IMG/VR virus record: IMGVR_UViG_3300013772_000005
Coordinates: 7,407 to 71,406 of that record
DNA: 64,000 nt
Source: a virus
Strand: one strand, 5' to 3'
Numbering within the stretch: the first letter of the stretch is position 1; each line of letters starts with the position of its first letter. This document shows positions 23,831 through 33,659 of the stretch, piece by piece. The notes beneath the pieces are model-generated. The model did not search any database, had not been told where the DNA came from, and saw only the letters and a program-made list of their open reading frames with translations. A program made the position numbers and the translations under genes.

Positions 23831-26800
23831 TTAAGATATGTTGTAGGCGATAGCGTTGATGCCGCTAGGACCTGATGTTCCCGCTGTATATGTGGTTGAA
23901 GTCCCGACATCTCTGTAGATGCTAAATAGCTGCGTGCTCCTGACACGGGCGCAACCCGGCGTGGTCTGGACTACTCCACCGCTATTCATCACGCTTAGAG
24001 CACAGTAGGTATCAGCAGCCGGGCAAAGTCGTGTTGGGATGCTGCTGCTCGATGTCAGCACCCCGTCCGAGGTCGTCGTCGTGACCGCTATGACCGGCAG
24101 CAGCCAGGTCACAACGTTGTTGTTACGACTAAAGGTCGGGGTGCCGGTGCCCGTATTAAGGCTCACGTTGGCCGTAAAAGTAAGGGAGCCAAGAGACCCT
24201 TGCTCGTAGACGTTGACAACGCTCCAGTTGGCCGGGGTCGTCGGCGTTGTAACTAGAGCCCGCAGCACCACAAAGCCGACTCTGATGGTCGCATCCTGGT
24301 TGGCGCCGTTGGCCACCGTTAGCGCAGAGCCGCCAGAGGCCTGGACCTTCAGGTCGAAGGCCCCGAGGTTCTCGAAGAACCAATACTCTCCAGCCACCAC
24401 CCCGGTCGACGGCAAGACGACCGTGCGTGCTGCCGACAGGTTGAAGATCTGCTCGCGGTTGTCGGCATCCGTCAGCGTGTCGGTTCCAGAGCCAGCAGAG
24501 GCTCTGACGTTGGCCGCCGACGACAGGCCGCCCGTCGCCACCTTCACGCCTGCAAAGCTCTGGCGAGAAGTCGTCACGCTTCCGGTACGCGCCGTGTTGG
24601 CGTCAGGAACGCCAACGCTCGCAAGACGCGCTGGCCTGGCGATCAGCCGCAGACGGTTGGGCTGCGCCCCGACCGCCGGGTTGAGCGTCGAGAAGTCGGT
24701 GTAGATGTTGGTGGCATCCACGGTCACATAGCCGTTGTTCGGCATCTGATCCCAGGTATTGGCCGTGCCCGTCTCCATCAGGATCACGACGTCGGGAATG
24801 TCGGGCTGACCATGGGCGATCGTACCAGGCACGGCCGCCGTATAGGTCGTGTCGAACGGGGGGACAGGCGTCACGACGGTCGGCGATAGACCGCCATCGT
24901 CCAGTTCCAGCTCAATCGAATCAAGCGTGCCGTTGTACTGGGAGAAGTCGAAGAAGGCGCTGTTGCTGTCGCTGATGTCGATCAGCGCGCTGCCAGGGCC
25001 AGAGAGCGGCAGGTGCTTCACCAGATCGGTGTCGGTGTAGATGTTGCCGAACCACTTCTGGTTCTTGGTGGCGACGTTGGCCAAGTGGTCGAGGCGGTAG
25101 CTGTAAATCTTTTGGATGTCGGTAGGCGACAGGTTGTAGCCGTTCACCATGAACACGTCTTCGACCGTGCCACCGAAGTAGCCGGCGTTGCCCGTAAAGC
25201 CGACACCGAAAGTCTGGCCCGTCGTGGCACGGACACTGGCCAGTGCTTGCGTGGCGACGAGTTTGCCGTCGATGAAGCAATTCATGACCAAGTTGACGGC
25301 GTCGTATTGGATGACAAAATGGTGCCACCCACCCGCCGCCGGAATCGTGACTATCTGGTTGCCTTCGCCGCCAGTCGGTGTTGAGGCCATTTGAAAAGCA
25401 ATGGCGGTGCCACTTGGCTGAATATTCCAACCACGATCGGCGTTGCTGGGCCACTGGCCAAGTAGAGAAGAGGCAACCACTCCGCTCCAGCTTGGCGCAT
25501 AGAACCAGCCGCCCGCTGAGAAGCTGGTGCCTGTTGCCGGGTTGAAAAACACGTTGGTCGAGCTGAACCACTGGCTGCTCGCTGCCGTCAGAAGTGCAGC
25601 AGCGTTGCCTGTCGCGAAGATGTTCGTTCCCGTAAAGGGCGTCGAGGCATTGTTGGTTAGATTACGAGCGCCGGCAGACCCGTCGTTGGCGTTGGCCGCC
25701 AGGTTGAACCACGACACCTGGGTAGCCTGGGTCATCCCTGTCGGCCAACTCTTGGCCGACAAGATATGGCCAGCGGCGATCTGGCCGGCCGTGCCAGGCG
25801 CGCTGATGAGCTGCTTGCCCAGGCGGTAGACGACCGGGCTGACGGCGGCGGGATTGTTGAGCCCCTCCATTCGGCTCGCGGCGATCAATGTTGCACCGGT
25901 GCCCGACCAGGCCGATCCCGAAGTCGTGGTGATCTCGCCCATCCACACGTAGCGGGTACGGTTGATCGCCGCTGGTCCGGTGGTTGAGACGACAATGTTG
26001 GAAGAGATGATCTGATAGACCTGAAGGCCAGCGTCCACGCCTGTGGCGATCGTTTGCACGGTCCCGAGCGTGTCGAGGTCGATATAGAAGTGGTAGAGCG
26101 TGCTCGCTGCCGGCGCCTGAATTGACGTCGCGCTGAAGGTGAGCGTCTTGCCATAGTTGGCCGTGTCGGTGCCGGCGCCGTCCCAGGTGGACAGAAGTCG
26201 ACCGTCGGCCAGCGGCAGGATGCCCCCCACGATCGTCACGTTCGGCGTGGCTGCGCTTTGCAGGACGAGAGGTGCCGAGGCCCCACCACCACCGCCTGCG
26301 GCCCCTGGGCGCGATATTCCGGCCGGTTGGATGACCAGCGTGGCGCCAGAGGTTTGATACTGCGTGGAGGCGGTCACCCACTGGGCATCCAAGTGCCCGA
26401 GGTAGACGCCACCAGCTTGCGCCGCGAGCGAACCGTAATCGGTGAGCGCGCCCACTGAGGCGGCTTCAGCAGATGCGACAGCGGCGACCGAGCCACCTTG
26501 CTGCTGACAGAAGACGAAGCGGCGAAACTGGCTGTTCGTCTTCGTCAGAGCGGCAAAGCCGGTGGCGAAGGTGGCGCCAGCCAGCGTGATCGTGCCGGCG
26601 CCAGTCACAGCGCCCGTCCCCATGTGGATCTTCGAGGCGGTGAATGCCGCCGGGCCAACGCCGTTGATCGGCGCCGAGACGCGGGTGGTGCCGTCGGCCA
26701 CCGTCATCGATGACGCTTGCAAGTTGAGGAAAACATCAGGAGTCGCGGATGCGAAGAGCCGGATCGGCGTATCGAACTGTTTGTCAATGTTGGCAAGCAC

Positions 26801-26890
26801 CTGATCAAGCGTCGTGCTCGCAGCCTGGCCAAGGACCGTCAACGCGGCAAGGTTGATCTCTTCGCTGGCCTGACCTTTAGTCTGCGGCAT
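23831..26890 (-). CDS. Large tail fibre / receptor-binding protein with LamG (ConA-like) domain
   Basis: SFSAGGWF...GWHHFVIQYD...FIDGKL...FGGTVEDVF; C-terminal RNNNVVT...IPTRLCP tip. Confidence 0.8.
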   Translation of the reverse strand: MPQTKGQASEEINLAALTVLGQAASTTLDQVLANIDKQFDTPIRLFASATPDVFLNLQASSMTVADGTTRVSAPINGVGPAAFTASKIHMGTGAVTGAGTITLAGATFATGFAALTKTNSQFRRFVFCQQQGGSVAAVASAEAASVGALTDYGSLAAQAGGVYLGHLDAQWVTASTQYQTSGATLVIQPAGISRPGAAGGGGGASAPLVLQSAATPNVTIVGGILPLADGRLLSTWDGAGTDTANYGKTLTFSATSIQAPAASTLYHFYIDLDTLGTVQTIATGVDAGLQVYQIISSNIVVSTTGPAAINRTRYVWMGEITTTSGSAWSGTGATLIAASRMEGLNNPAAVSPVVYRLGKQLISAPGTAGQIAAGHILSAKSWPTGMTQATQVSWFNLAANANDGSAGARNLTNNASTPFTGTNIFATGNAAALLTAASSQWFSSTNVFFNPATGTSFSAGGWFYAPSWSGVVASSLLGQWPSNADRGWNIQPSGTAIAFQMASTPTGGEGNQIVTIPAAGGWHHFVIQYDAVNLVMNCFIDGKLVATQALASVRATTGQTFGVGFTGNAGYFGGTVEDVFMVNGYNLSPTDIQKIYSYRLDHLANVATKNQKWFGNIYTDTDLVKHLPLSGPGSALIDISDSNSAFFDFSQYNGTLDSIELELDDGGLSPTVVTPVPPFDTTYTAAVPGTIAHGQPDIPDVVILMETGTANTWDQMPNNGYVTVDATNIYTDFSTLNPAVGAQPNRLRLIARPARLASVGVPDANTARTGSVTTSRQSFAGVKVATGGLSSAANVRASAGSGTDTLTDADNREQIFNLSAARTVVLPSTGVVAGEYWFFENLGAFDLKVQASGGSALTVANGANQDATIRVGFVVLRALVTTPTTPANWSVVNVYEQGSLGSLTFTANVSLNTGTGTPTFSRNNNVVTWLLPVIAVTTTTSDGVLTSSSSIPTRLCPAADTYCALSVMNSGGVVQTTPGCARVRSTQLFSIYRDVGTSTTYTAGTSGPSGINAIAYNIS

Positions 26891-26928
26891 TTGTCCACTC
26901 CTGGTGTGCTTGGCGTAGAAGAATCATA

Positions 26929-27219
26929 TCACGTCCAGACCCGCACTCTCACCCAAGCGCTAACCGCCGAAGTGCCAAGTGTGATCGTTGAAGTCCCTGG
27001 AGTCCGCGTGTAGTCGTTGCCCGAGCCTTCGCGGAGAAGTCGACCATTTTGGTAAACGTCGATCAGGCTCGTGGCGGTAAATGCCTGCGTCGTCACGAAG
27101 GCCGTTTGGCCGGCGCCGGTGTCGTAGTCCTGATCAACCTGCAAGCCGGTGCGCCCGCTGTTGCGGAAGCCCCTTGTCCCGGTGTCGTAGATGATCACGT
27201 TTCCCGTCGCTGCCGGCAT
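26929..27219 (-). CDS. Small fibre adaptor protein
   Basis: IDVYQNGRLLREGSGNDYT. Confidence 0.65.
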   Translation of the reverse strand: MPAATGNVIIYDTGTRGFRNSGRTGLQVDQDYDTGAGQTAFVTTQAFTATSLIDVYQNGRLLREGSGNDYTRTPGTSTITLGTSAVSAWVRVRVWT

Positions 27220-27241
27220 ATCCCACCCTCTCAACAGCTAA

Positions 27242-27267
27242 AGCCAGGGGCCGTGAAGCCCCTGGCT
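27242..27267 (-). terminator. GC-rich hairpin between fibre genes
   Basis: AGCCAGGGGC-6nt-GCCCCTGGCT, short U tract on the minus strand. Confidence 0.45.
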
Positions 27268-27275
27268 ACGGGAAA

Positions 27276-28859
27276 TTAGGCTTGGACAATGAACTGCGGG
27301 TTGTAGATCACGTCGGTGGCGCTGATGGCACGGCCGATCGAGTGGACATAGTTGCCACTGGCGATGGTCGTGTCGTCTTGCGTGTAGCTGCCGGCGGTCG
27401 AGTTGTGCGCGTAAACCTTCTTGCCGGGCGTCAGGGAGGTGAAACCGGTCATCCGGGCACCAGGACGGGCGTAGAAAGAGCCAGAAGCCGTGGTGGCCAC
27501 CGTGCCAGACAGGACGACCATGAGCTGGGTGTCAGGGCCAGCGACCACTGCCGTCGCCAGATCGACGTGACCGTTGCTCTTCAGATAGACGAGCTGTCCG
27601 GCAGTGACCGAACCAGCGTTGTCGTTGGTCAGCGTCTCGGAATAGTTGACCGCGACCGAAGCGCTGACAGTGATGCCGTCGCCGCCGCTGACGGCAATGT
27701 TGGCGCCGAGGCCGCCAGTGAGGCCGCTGCCGGCGACGGCGCCGAGCTTGGCGGCCGTGACCGCTTGCGCCGCCAATTGAGCGGTGCCGACACCAAGAGC
27801 CTTGACTTCGAGCGAGCTACCCGCGCCAGCGGTGTCGAGGGTGACGCCGTCGACGTTGACCGTGATGACCGAGCCAGCGCCGCCAGAGAGGCCAGCACCG
27901 GTGACCGCGCCGAGCTGAGCGGACGTGACCGCCTGCGCAGCGATCTTCGCCGTGGTGACGGACAAATCCGCCAGTTGGGTGGTGCCGATGCCACCCGTCT
28001 TGACTTCGAGTGTCGCCGAGCCGTTGGCGGTGGCGCCGCTGGCATCAAGGGTGACGCCGTCCGGATTGGCGGTGACCGCCGAGCCGTTGAACCAGATACC
28101 AGCGCCGGCCGTATAGTTGGCCGGAGTCGCAAACTGCGTCCAGTTGATGTTGTCGGTGCCGATGACGTGAGCACCGCCGGTGCCCGTACCAACCGAGCTG
28201 ATGACAAACGCCTTGCCGGCGTTGACCGTACCGGATTCGACCTGAGGAACGAGGACACCGTTATAGATGTCGTTGCCGGGCGTGTTGTTGAGACTCGCGT
28301 CCCTGGTCATCGCCGCTGCGGCGCCGTTGAAGTCGTAGATGCCGTTGGCGAGCGAAGAGGTCTGGTCTTTGACGAGGACGCGGTCGCCGGCCGCCAGCGT
28401 CACGCCGTCGATGGTTGTCGGTGCGGACGCCAGGTTGATGTTGGCGCCAGTGGTGGCGACGCGCACGTTCTCCTGAATGCGGGCGGCGACCATGATGGCA
28501 TCGGCATAGGACTTCGGTACCGCGTCGCTGGCGGCAGAAGGCGCCGGCAGGCCAGTGACCGTGCCGGAGGTGAAGGTCAAGCTGCCGGTGAGCGTGTCGC
28601 CAGCCTTCAGCACGCGAAGGTTGTCGGCGGTGTCGGTGTAGGTCTTTGTCGCCGCGTCAGAGCTGGCGGTCGGGGCGCCGAGGTTCGTCAGCACAGTGCC
28701 GGCGAAGTCGAGCTTGGAGCTGATGATCGACAGGACCACCAGGCCGATCGTGATCGTTGTCGCGCCGACGTTGGCGAACAACACGCTGTCGTTCGACGTG
28801 GTGGTGTTGTGAAAACCACCACCCGAGTATGTGACGTAATTCTTAGCTACGTTGGACAT
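27276..28859 (-). CDS. Fibre protein with head-decoration-like domain, VTxAKI repeats and DUF2190-like C-terminus
   Basis: DAATKTY, TIDGVTLAAGDRVLVKDQ...NGIY, VTTAKIA, LTPGKKVY...IGRAISAT. Confidence 0.8.
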   Translation of the reverse strand: MSNVAKNYVTYSGGGFHNTTTSNDSVLFANVGATTITIGLVVLSIISSKLDFAGTVLTNLGAPTASSDAATKTYTDTADNLRVLKAGDTLTGSLTFTSGTVTGLPAPSAASDAVPKSYADAIMVAARIQENVRVATTGANINLASAPTTIDGVTLAAGDRVLVKDQTSSLANGIYDFNGAAAAMTRDASLNNTPGNDIYNGVLVPQVESGTVNAGKAFVISSVGTGTGGAHVIGTDNINWTQFATPANYTAGAGIWFNGSAVTANPDGVTLDASGATANGSATLEVKTGGIGTTQLADLSVTTAKIAAQAVTSAQLGAVTGAGLSGGAGSVITVNVDGVTLDTAGAGSSLEVKALGVGTAQLAAQAVTAAKLGAVAGSGLTGGLGANIAVSGGDGITVSASVAVNYSETLTNDNAGSVTAGQLVYLKSNGHVDLATAVVAGPDTQLMVVLSGTVATTASGSFYARPGARMTGFTSLTPGKKVYAHNSTAGSYTQDDTTIASGNYVHSIGRAISATDVIYNPQFIVQA

Positions 28860-28862
28860 GCG

Positions 28863-29078
28863 CTACTCCTCTAAATTCTTGGATTGGATCTTGAAAGCCG
28901 AATCAACTTCGATGATGACGCCATGTTTCTCGGATAGTTTAGCCGCACCTTGACGAAAGCTGCGGGTGAGCTTTTCCAAGTCCTCACAAATAGGGATAAT
29001 GTTGGGAATTGATCTCAGCTCTTCTTCGCTGTTCAAGATCTTTACCTCAACCTTTTCGACCTTCCTCGGCATGGTCAC
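28863..29078 (-). CDS. Hypothetical protein
   Basis: 71-aa coupled ORF, AT-richer. Confidence 0.55.
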   Translation of the reverse strand: MTMPRKVEKVEVKILNSEEELRSIPNIIPICEDLEKLTRSFRQGAAKLSEKHGVIIEVDSAFKIQSKNLEE

Positions 29079-30103
29079 CTCAATACTGGAGTAGCGAACA
29101 TGATCAGGTCTGTCGCCGTGCTGGTAAAAGCACTGTCGGCGCAGTCGGCAACACCGACGCGCCAGATCGCATCACCACCAGGGATCGTGGTTGAGTCGTT
29201 CGTATAGCCACCAGAGGCGGCGAGAAAGATCTCCTGACCAGAGGTGAAGCCGAGACCGCTCACGGCACCGACGATATTCTCACCGATCAGCTTCACGCGG
29301 CCAAAGGTGCCGGCGGCGATTGTGTCGAGCGTGATGCCGATAAACTCATTGGTGCTGGTCGCCATGGCTGGCTGAATGCCGCCGGTGGCCAGCTTCTCGA
29401 CCGGCGTGCCAACGTTGATCGTGGCGCCCGTCGTGTTCTTTGATTGCTTGACCGAGGTGTCGGTTGAGCTGATGCCGGACGAGCCAGAGCTGGTTCCCTG
29501 TTTCCAGGCGGTGAGCCGCTGGCCGCTGGGAGGCGCGACCGTCATGTGAAAGGTCGTCGTGCCGGTCTTCTGAAAATCCTGTGCGTCGCTGGCCGTCGGG
29601 TCTTGCGTCATGCGACGGCCGCCCTGGAAGATCTCGAAGTCGCGGACTGAGTTGGAGGCGCTGATGGTGAAGGACGTCAGCGTGAAGTCCTGCGTCACGC
29701 CGTCGCCGAACCAAAACTGCTCCTGCGGTGTATTGGCCAGGATGGCCGTGATGTCGGTCGTGAGCGTCGATATTTCGGCGTCCTGATTCGCGTCCTCGGT
29801 GATCGCCGTAGCCATCTGCGAGTCGAGTGTGTTGATCTGGCCCTGAAGGCTGGTCGTCGCCGCCGTGATGGATGCCGAGAGCGAAGCATTCTGTGCATCG
29901 AGCTGGCCCTTGCTCGCGGCTTGTCCGGCACTAGTACCGTCCGCCAGGTTGACCTGCGAGCCGCCGGTGTCGAGGACGCCACTGCCGGCATCGGTGAGCG
30001 CGCGTGTGCCGACGGTCAAACCCTGGAAGGTGACGGTTTCCTGATCGCTTTGGATCTGCGTGTTCTTGCCGCCGACGATGACGACAAATTTGCGGACTGT
30101 CAT
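29075..30103 (-). CDS. Fibre segment: coiled coil, adaptor domain, DUF2190-like C-terminus
   Basis: GQAASKGQLD, FGDGVTQDFTL, GFTSGQEIFL. Confidence 0.7.
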   Translation of the reverse strand: MTVRKFVVIVGGKNTQIQSDQETVTFQGLTVGTRALTDAGSGVLDTGGSQVNLADGTSAGQAASKGQLDAQNASLSASITAATTSLQGQINTLDSQMATAITEDANQDAEISTLTTDITAILANTPQEQFWFGDGVTQDFTLTSFTISASNSVRDFEIFQGGRRMTQDPTASDAQDFQKTGTTTFHMTVAPPSGQRLTAWKQGTSSGSSGISSTDTSVKQSKNTTGATINVGTPVEKLATGGIQPAMATSTNEFIGITLDTIAAGTFGRVKLIGENIVGAVSGLGFTSGQEIFLAASGGYTNDSTTIPGGDAIWRVGVADCADSAFTSTATDLIMFATPVLR

Positions 30104-30106
30104 GCT

Positions 30107-32509
30107 TCACGCTCCGGCAAGGATTTCAGGTTGCAGCCACAGGTCGTTCGCCGTCGCCGAGGCAACGCCGTCTGCCGGTTCCGCCCTCCCGAGCCTGATG
30201 AGTGCGTCGGTCAATCCGGGGGGCGGGGTTAGGGAAAGCACGCCAGCGGTGTCAGAAAGGTAGACCGGGGCGCCAGGCACGGCTCCCAGGCTGGCGAGAG
30301 CGCCGGGGACGTTGCCGAGTTTGATCACCGTCCCAAATTGACCGACAGCGATGATGCCGGCGGTGATACCGGCCAGATCAGTCAGGCTGCTGATGTTGGC
30401 TTCCGCCGGTGCCACCGTCCCATCGTCCTGCCAAGCGACGACGGTGAAGGCTGGGATCGAAGCGACGGTGCCGTTCTTGTGCAGCTTCGCCAGCTCGCGC
30501 GGATACTGGATCTTGACGTTCGCCTGATTAGCCGACGGCTGGCTCACCGTGACCGCTGCGCCCTGGAAGTTGATCACGCCCGCGAGCGAGACGACCAGCG
30601 AGCCTTCGTCGTAGATGTTGGGAGAAGCCGTCGCCACCGAGCCCGTCTGCCCGCCGCCCGTCTGAATGCGGAAGGTGAGCTTCACGGTGTTTGGCAAAGG
30701 TACGAGGAGCTGGATCTGATTGCCGATGCCAGCACCGACATTGGCCGACTCCAGCCAGTCGTTGCCGGCGCCAAGCTGAGCCTTGCGGCCGTTAAAGAAG
30801 ACTTCGAGCTGATGGTAGCCGGTCTGATAGGTCTGCGCCGCACCAACACCGAAGGGAGCCGGCAACGTCACGAAGGCATTCGCGGCATAGGTGCCGGAGC
30901 CGTCGCTCACCAGCGTCTCGTCGTAGACCTTGCCGGTCACCATATTCCAAACGGCTTCGGCAATCTGGTCCAGCTCACCGATGGCCGTCGTCATGTCGGC
31001 GGTCGGCGTCACCCAGTAGTTGGACTGCCAGGGCGGGATGGAGGTGAATTCATTTGGCAGGCCGAGTGCTGCGAGCATCTCGGTCGGCACGCCGTCGCCG
31101 AGCTTGACCTGCTCTCCATCGTTGATTTCCATCGACTGCCAGCCGTTGCCGAAATAGACCTGGCTGCCCGAGCAGTAGGCGATGATGTAGTTCCGCGTGT
31201 GCAGCGGATCGATCAGGTACGAGCTGGATGCCACCAGCGTGACCGCCAATGGGCCGCCAGGCGTCGTTCCCTCGGCCGGCAGGGTCACGTAGGCCACCTG
31301 GCCGTCAGCCGGCGCAATCGACTGCGCCGTGATCGTGTAGGCGAAGGCGCGTCCAGGGGCGACGATGTGAAGGTCGGCGGACCACGTGAGCGCCGAGGCT
31401 GAGAGGCCGCCCATCATGCCCGTCGGCGACAGCGTGGCGCTGTTTGAGATCGACTGCGTGACCGTGACGTTGCCGGCCGTGCCGGCGACGCTGTTTGTCA
31501 GGACGATCCGGTTTCCCGAGCCCGCCGAGGCCGTGACGTTGAAGCCGGCAGCGTTGACGGCCGAGATGATCGCCGCCTTGACCTGGCTTGGCGTCCCATT
31601 CACCGGCACCGTGATCACGTACGCTGGCGTTGAGCCATCGGTCTTGAAGACGAAGGTGACCGCCGTCGTGCCGTCGCTGATCGTCAGCGTGTCGCTGTTC
31701 TTGATGCTGGTGTTCGGATCAGAGGCAACGGCCGTGAGCGAGCCGGTGGCGCCCTTCGGCATGTTCCACGAGATCAGGCCGCCGTCGGTGAAGAGGTAGT
31801 TGAAGCGCTCCAGCAGATTCAACGGCGTGATGCCCTGATTGTCAAACCAGTTGGTTGTGCCCTTCATCTCTTTGATGCAGGTCTTCAGCGCATCGTCGTT
31901 GCTCTTCATCGAGCCGATCGTCGTGTCGGTGCGCGGGCTGCCGAAGCTCCAGTCGGTCGCCAGATGGTAGTAGTAATTGACGGCTGGCGTCACCGAGACG
32001 ACGGCACCGCCTGAGGTGACGACGATCGCCAGCGGTAGCCGCTGCGGCTGGCCAACAGAGAACGAGATCGTGTTGGCGATCAGCGTCGCTTCTTCGCACG
32101 TGACCGTGTCGGAATTCTGGATAAACTCGGCGCCCAAGCCGCTGTTGGCGGTTGAATCCCAGATGGCGACGCTGTCGTTGCCGGTCGTCACCTCCGACAT
32201 CTCGACTTCGACATAGTTTGTCGAGTTGTCCTGGAGCGAGACCTGGAGCGCCGCCATGCCAGCGGCACGGTACTGGATCAGCTCGAAGCCGACGCGCTCG
32301 GAGTTGAAGAGCAGGGAGTCGCTGCCGGTGTTGACGCGCACCGTCAGGCCGCCGGCTGACTCGATTGCCCAGCCCTTCACCACGAGGTTCGTCGGTGAGA
32401 TGAAGGCTTTGTTGTACGCCTGAAACTCAGCCGAGATCAGCGCCATCATGGATTCGTACTGCGGCAGGTCCAGTCTTTGATCGGCAACGAAACGCTGTGT
32501 CTTTTGCAT
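30107..32509 (-). CDS. Baseplate-proximal fibre protein
   Basis: Follows the wedge genes; LEVFFNG adaptor; DUF2190-like C-terminus. Confidence 0.7.
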   Translation of the reverse strand: MQKTQRFVADQRLDLPQYESMMALISAEFQAYNKAFISPTNLVVKGWAIESAGGLTVRVNTGSDSLLFNSERVGFELIQYRAAGMAALQVSLQDNSTNYVEVEMSEVTTGNDSVAIWDSTANSGLGAEFIQNSDTVTCEEATLIANTISFSVGQPQRLPLAIVVTSGGAVVSVTPAVNYYYHLATDWSFGSPRTDTTIGSMKSNDDALKTCIKEMKGTTNWFDNQGITPLNLLERFNYLFTDGGLISWNMPKGATGSLTAVASDPNTSIKNSDTLTISDGTTAVTFVFKTDGSTPAYVITVPVNGTPSQVKAAIISAVNAAGFNVTASAGSGNRIVLTNSVAGTAGNVTVTQSISNSATLSPTGMMGGLSASALTWSADLHIVAPGRAFAYTITAQSIAPADGQVAYVTLPAEGTTPGGPLAVTLVASSSYLIDPLHTRNYIIAYCSGSQVYFGNGWQSMEINDGEQVKLGDGVPTEMLAALGLPNEFTSIPPWQSNYWVTPTADMTTAIGELDQIAEAVWNMVTGKVYDETLVSDGSGTYAANAFVTLPAPFGVGAAQTYQTGYHQLEVFFNGRKAQLGAGNDWLESANVGAGIGNQIQLLVPLPNTVKLTFRIQTGGGQTGSVATASPNIYDEGSLVVSLAGVINFQGAAVTVSQPSANQANVKIQYPRELAKLHKNGTVASIPAFTVVAWQDDGTVAPAEANISSLTDLAGITAGIIAVGQFGTVIKLGNVPGALASLGAVPGAPVYLSDTAGVLSLTPPPGLTDALIRLGRAEPADGVASATANDLWLQPEILAGA

Positions 32510-32528
32510 TTACCACCTCACCCCAGTT

Positions 32529-33659
32529 TCAGCAGTCGATCACAGGACCGACGATATTCCAGTTGATAACGATGCCAGCCGCCGTGATCGACTCAACGAT
32601 CTGCTGTGCCAGAAGGCGAGCCGCCGTGATGCCAACGAGATAGACGGAGAAGTCGGCACCGCTTGTGCGCGGCAGCCGGTACGGCGTGACGATCACGTTC
32701 ACCAGCTCGCCAGAGACGTGGTTCTTCGTGAAGGTGTAGGTCGGATCGAGGAAGAGCGTTGTGTTGTTCGGGCGGCCGAAATACTTGATCAGCGCTTCCT
32801 CGTTCATCGTGCCGAAATTGAAGACGAGAAGGCCGGTGGCGTCCGGGATGCTGCTGGCGTCCTGCATCGTCAACGTCGGGATGATCGCCCCCGCCGTGAT
32901 CGTCTGGCCAAGGACTCCACGCTGCTGCGTGAGGGAGAAGGATGCTGTCGGGTCTGGGATGAATGAGCCCGGGTAGCCAGGGACGGCGCAGTTGAAGCGC
33001 CCGCCGACCGTGTAGGCCGAGAGATCCGTACCAGCCCCAAACTGTAGAGTGACGCCCGCAGAGCCCGCCGTATTAGAGACGATATAGCGCGCCAGGCCGC
33101 CTTGACCAAAGATCGCTCCCTTTAGCTCGTCGACCTTCAGCACCTTGGTCGTGCCGTCGAGGGTGACGACAGCCTCCGCGAGCACGAGATCGACCGAGGT
33201 GAGCGTGCCCGAGTAGTTGTGGAAGTGGTGGCTGCCGGCCAGGTTCCGCCTCAGCGACGGCACTGACGACGGGATCTGAATCTCGATCTGGTTTGGCCGG
33301 ATCTCGTGAATCAGCACGCGCGGATTGTTGACACCGAAGAAGACGGCAAGCACGCGACGGATCGTCGGGATCACCTGCTTTGGCGCAAACGACAGGGCCG
33401 GGATCAGTTGGCGAAAGAGATCGTCTGAGAGGTTGAAGGCCGTCGGGCGGAAGACGCCGACGTTGGAGCCGAGAGCGTCTAAGAATTCAAGTTGCGCCGT
33501 CTGGACAAAGATCTGCTCTTTGGCATTCTGCGCCGACTGCACGATGGCGTCGTCTTCGGTCGCCCATGAATTGAGTAGACCCCGCACCATTGGGTTGACG
33601 TCCGGCCGATAGAGTGACGGCACGAACCTGATCATCTTGGAAAGCTTCGTCAGTGCCAT
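32529..33659 (-). CDS. Baseplate wedge protein (gpI-like)
   Basis: TAQLEFLDALGSNVGVFRP...SDDLFR; AAGI C-terminal motif; follows baseplate J. Confidence 0.7.
   Translation of the reverse strand: MALTKLSKMIRFVPSLYRPDVNPMVRGLLNSWATEDDAIVQSAQNAKEQIFVQTAQLEFLDALGSNVGVFRPTAFNLSDDLFRQLIPALSFAPKQVIPTIRRVLAVFFGVNNPRVLIHEIRPNQIEIQIPSSVPSLRRNLAGSHHFHNYSGTLTSVDLVLAEAVVTLDGTTKVLKVDELKGAIFGQGGLARYIVSNTAGSAGVTLQFGAGTDLSAYTVGGRFNCAVPGYPGSFIPDPTASFSLTQQRGVLGQTITAGAIIPTLTMQDASSIPDATGLLVFNFGTMNEEALIKYFGRPNNTTLFLDPTYTFTKNHVSGELVNVIVTPYRLPRTSGADFSVYLVGITAARLLAQQIVESITAAGIVINWNIVGPVIDC

Noticed and set aside
27282-28874. Long plus-strand ORFs (530 aa here; also 13418-14674, 43362-44510, 61661-62863 and others)
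   Set aside because: Antisense shadows of well-supported minus-strand genes in GC-rich DNA, with no recognisable motifs.
22113-32509. Diversity-generating retroelement or invertase acting on the fibre genes
   Set aside because: No reverse transcriptase, recombinase or near-identical TR/VR pair seen in the window.
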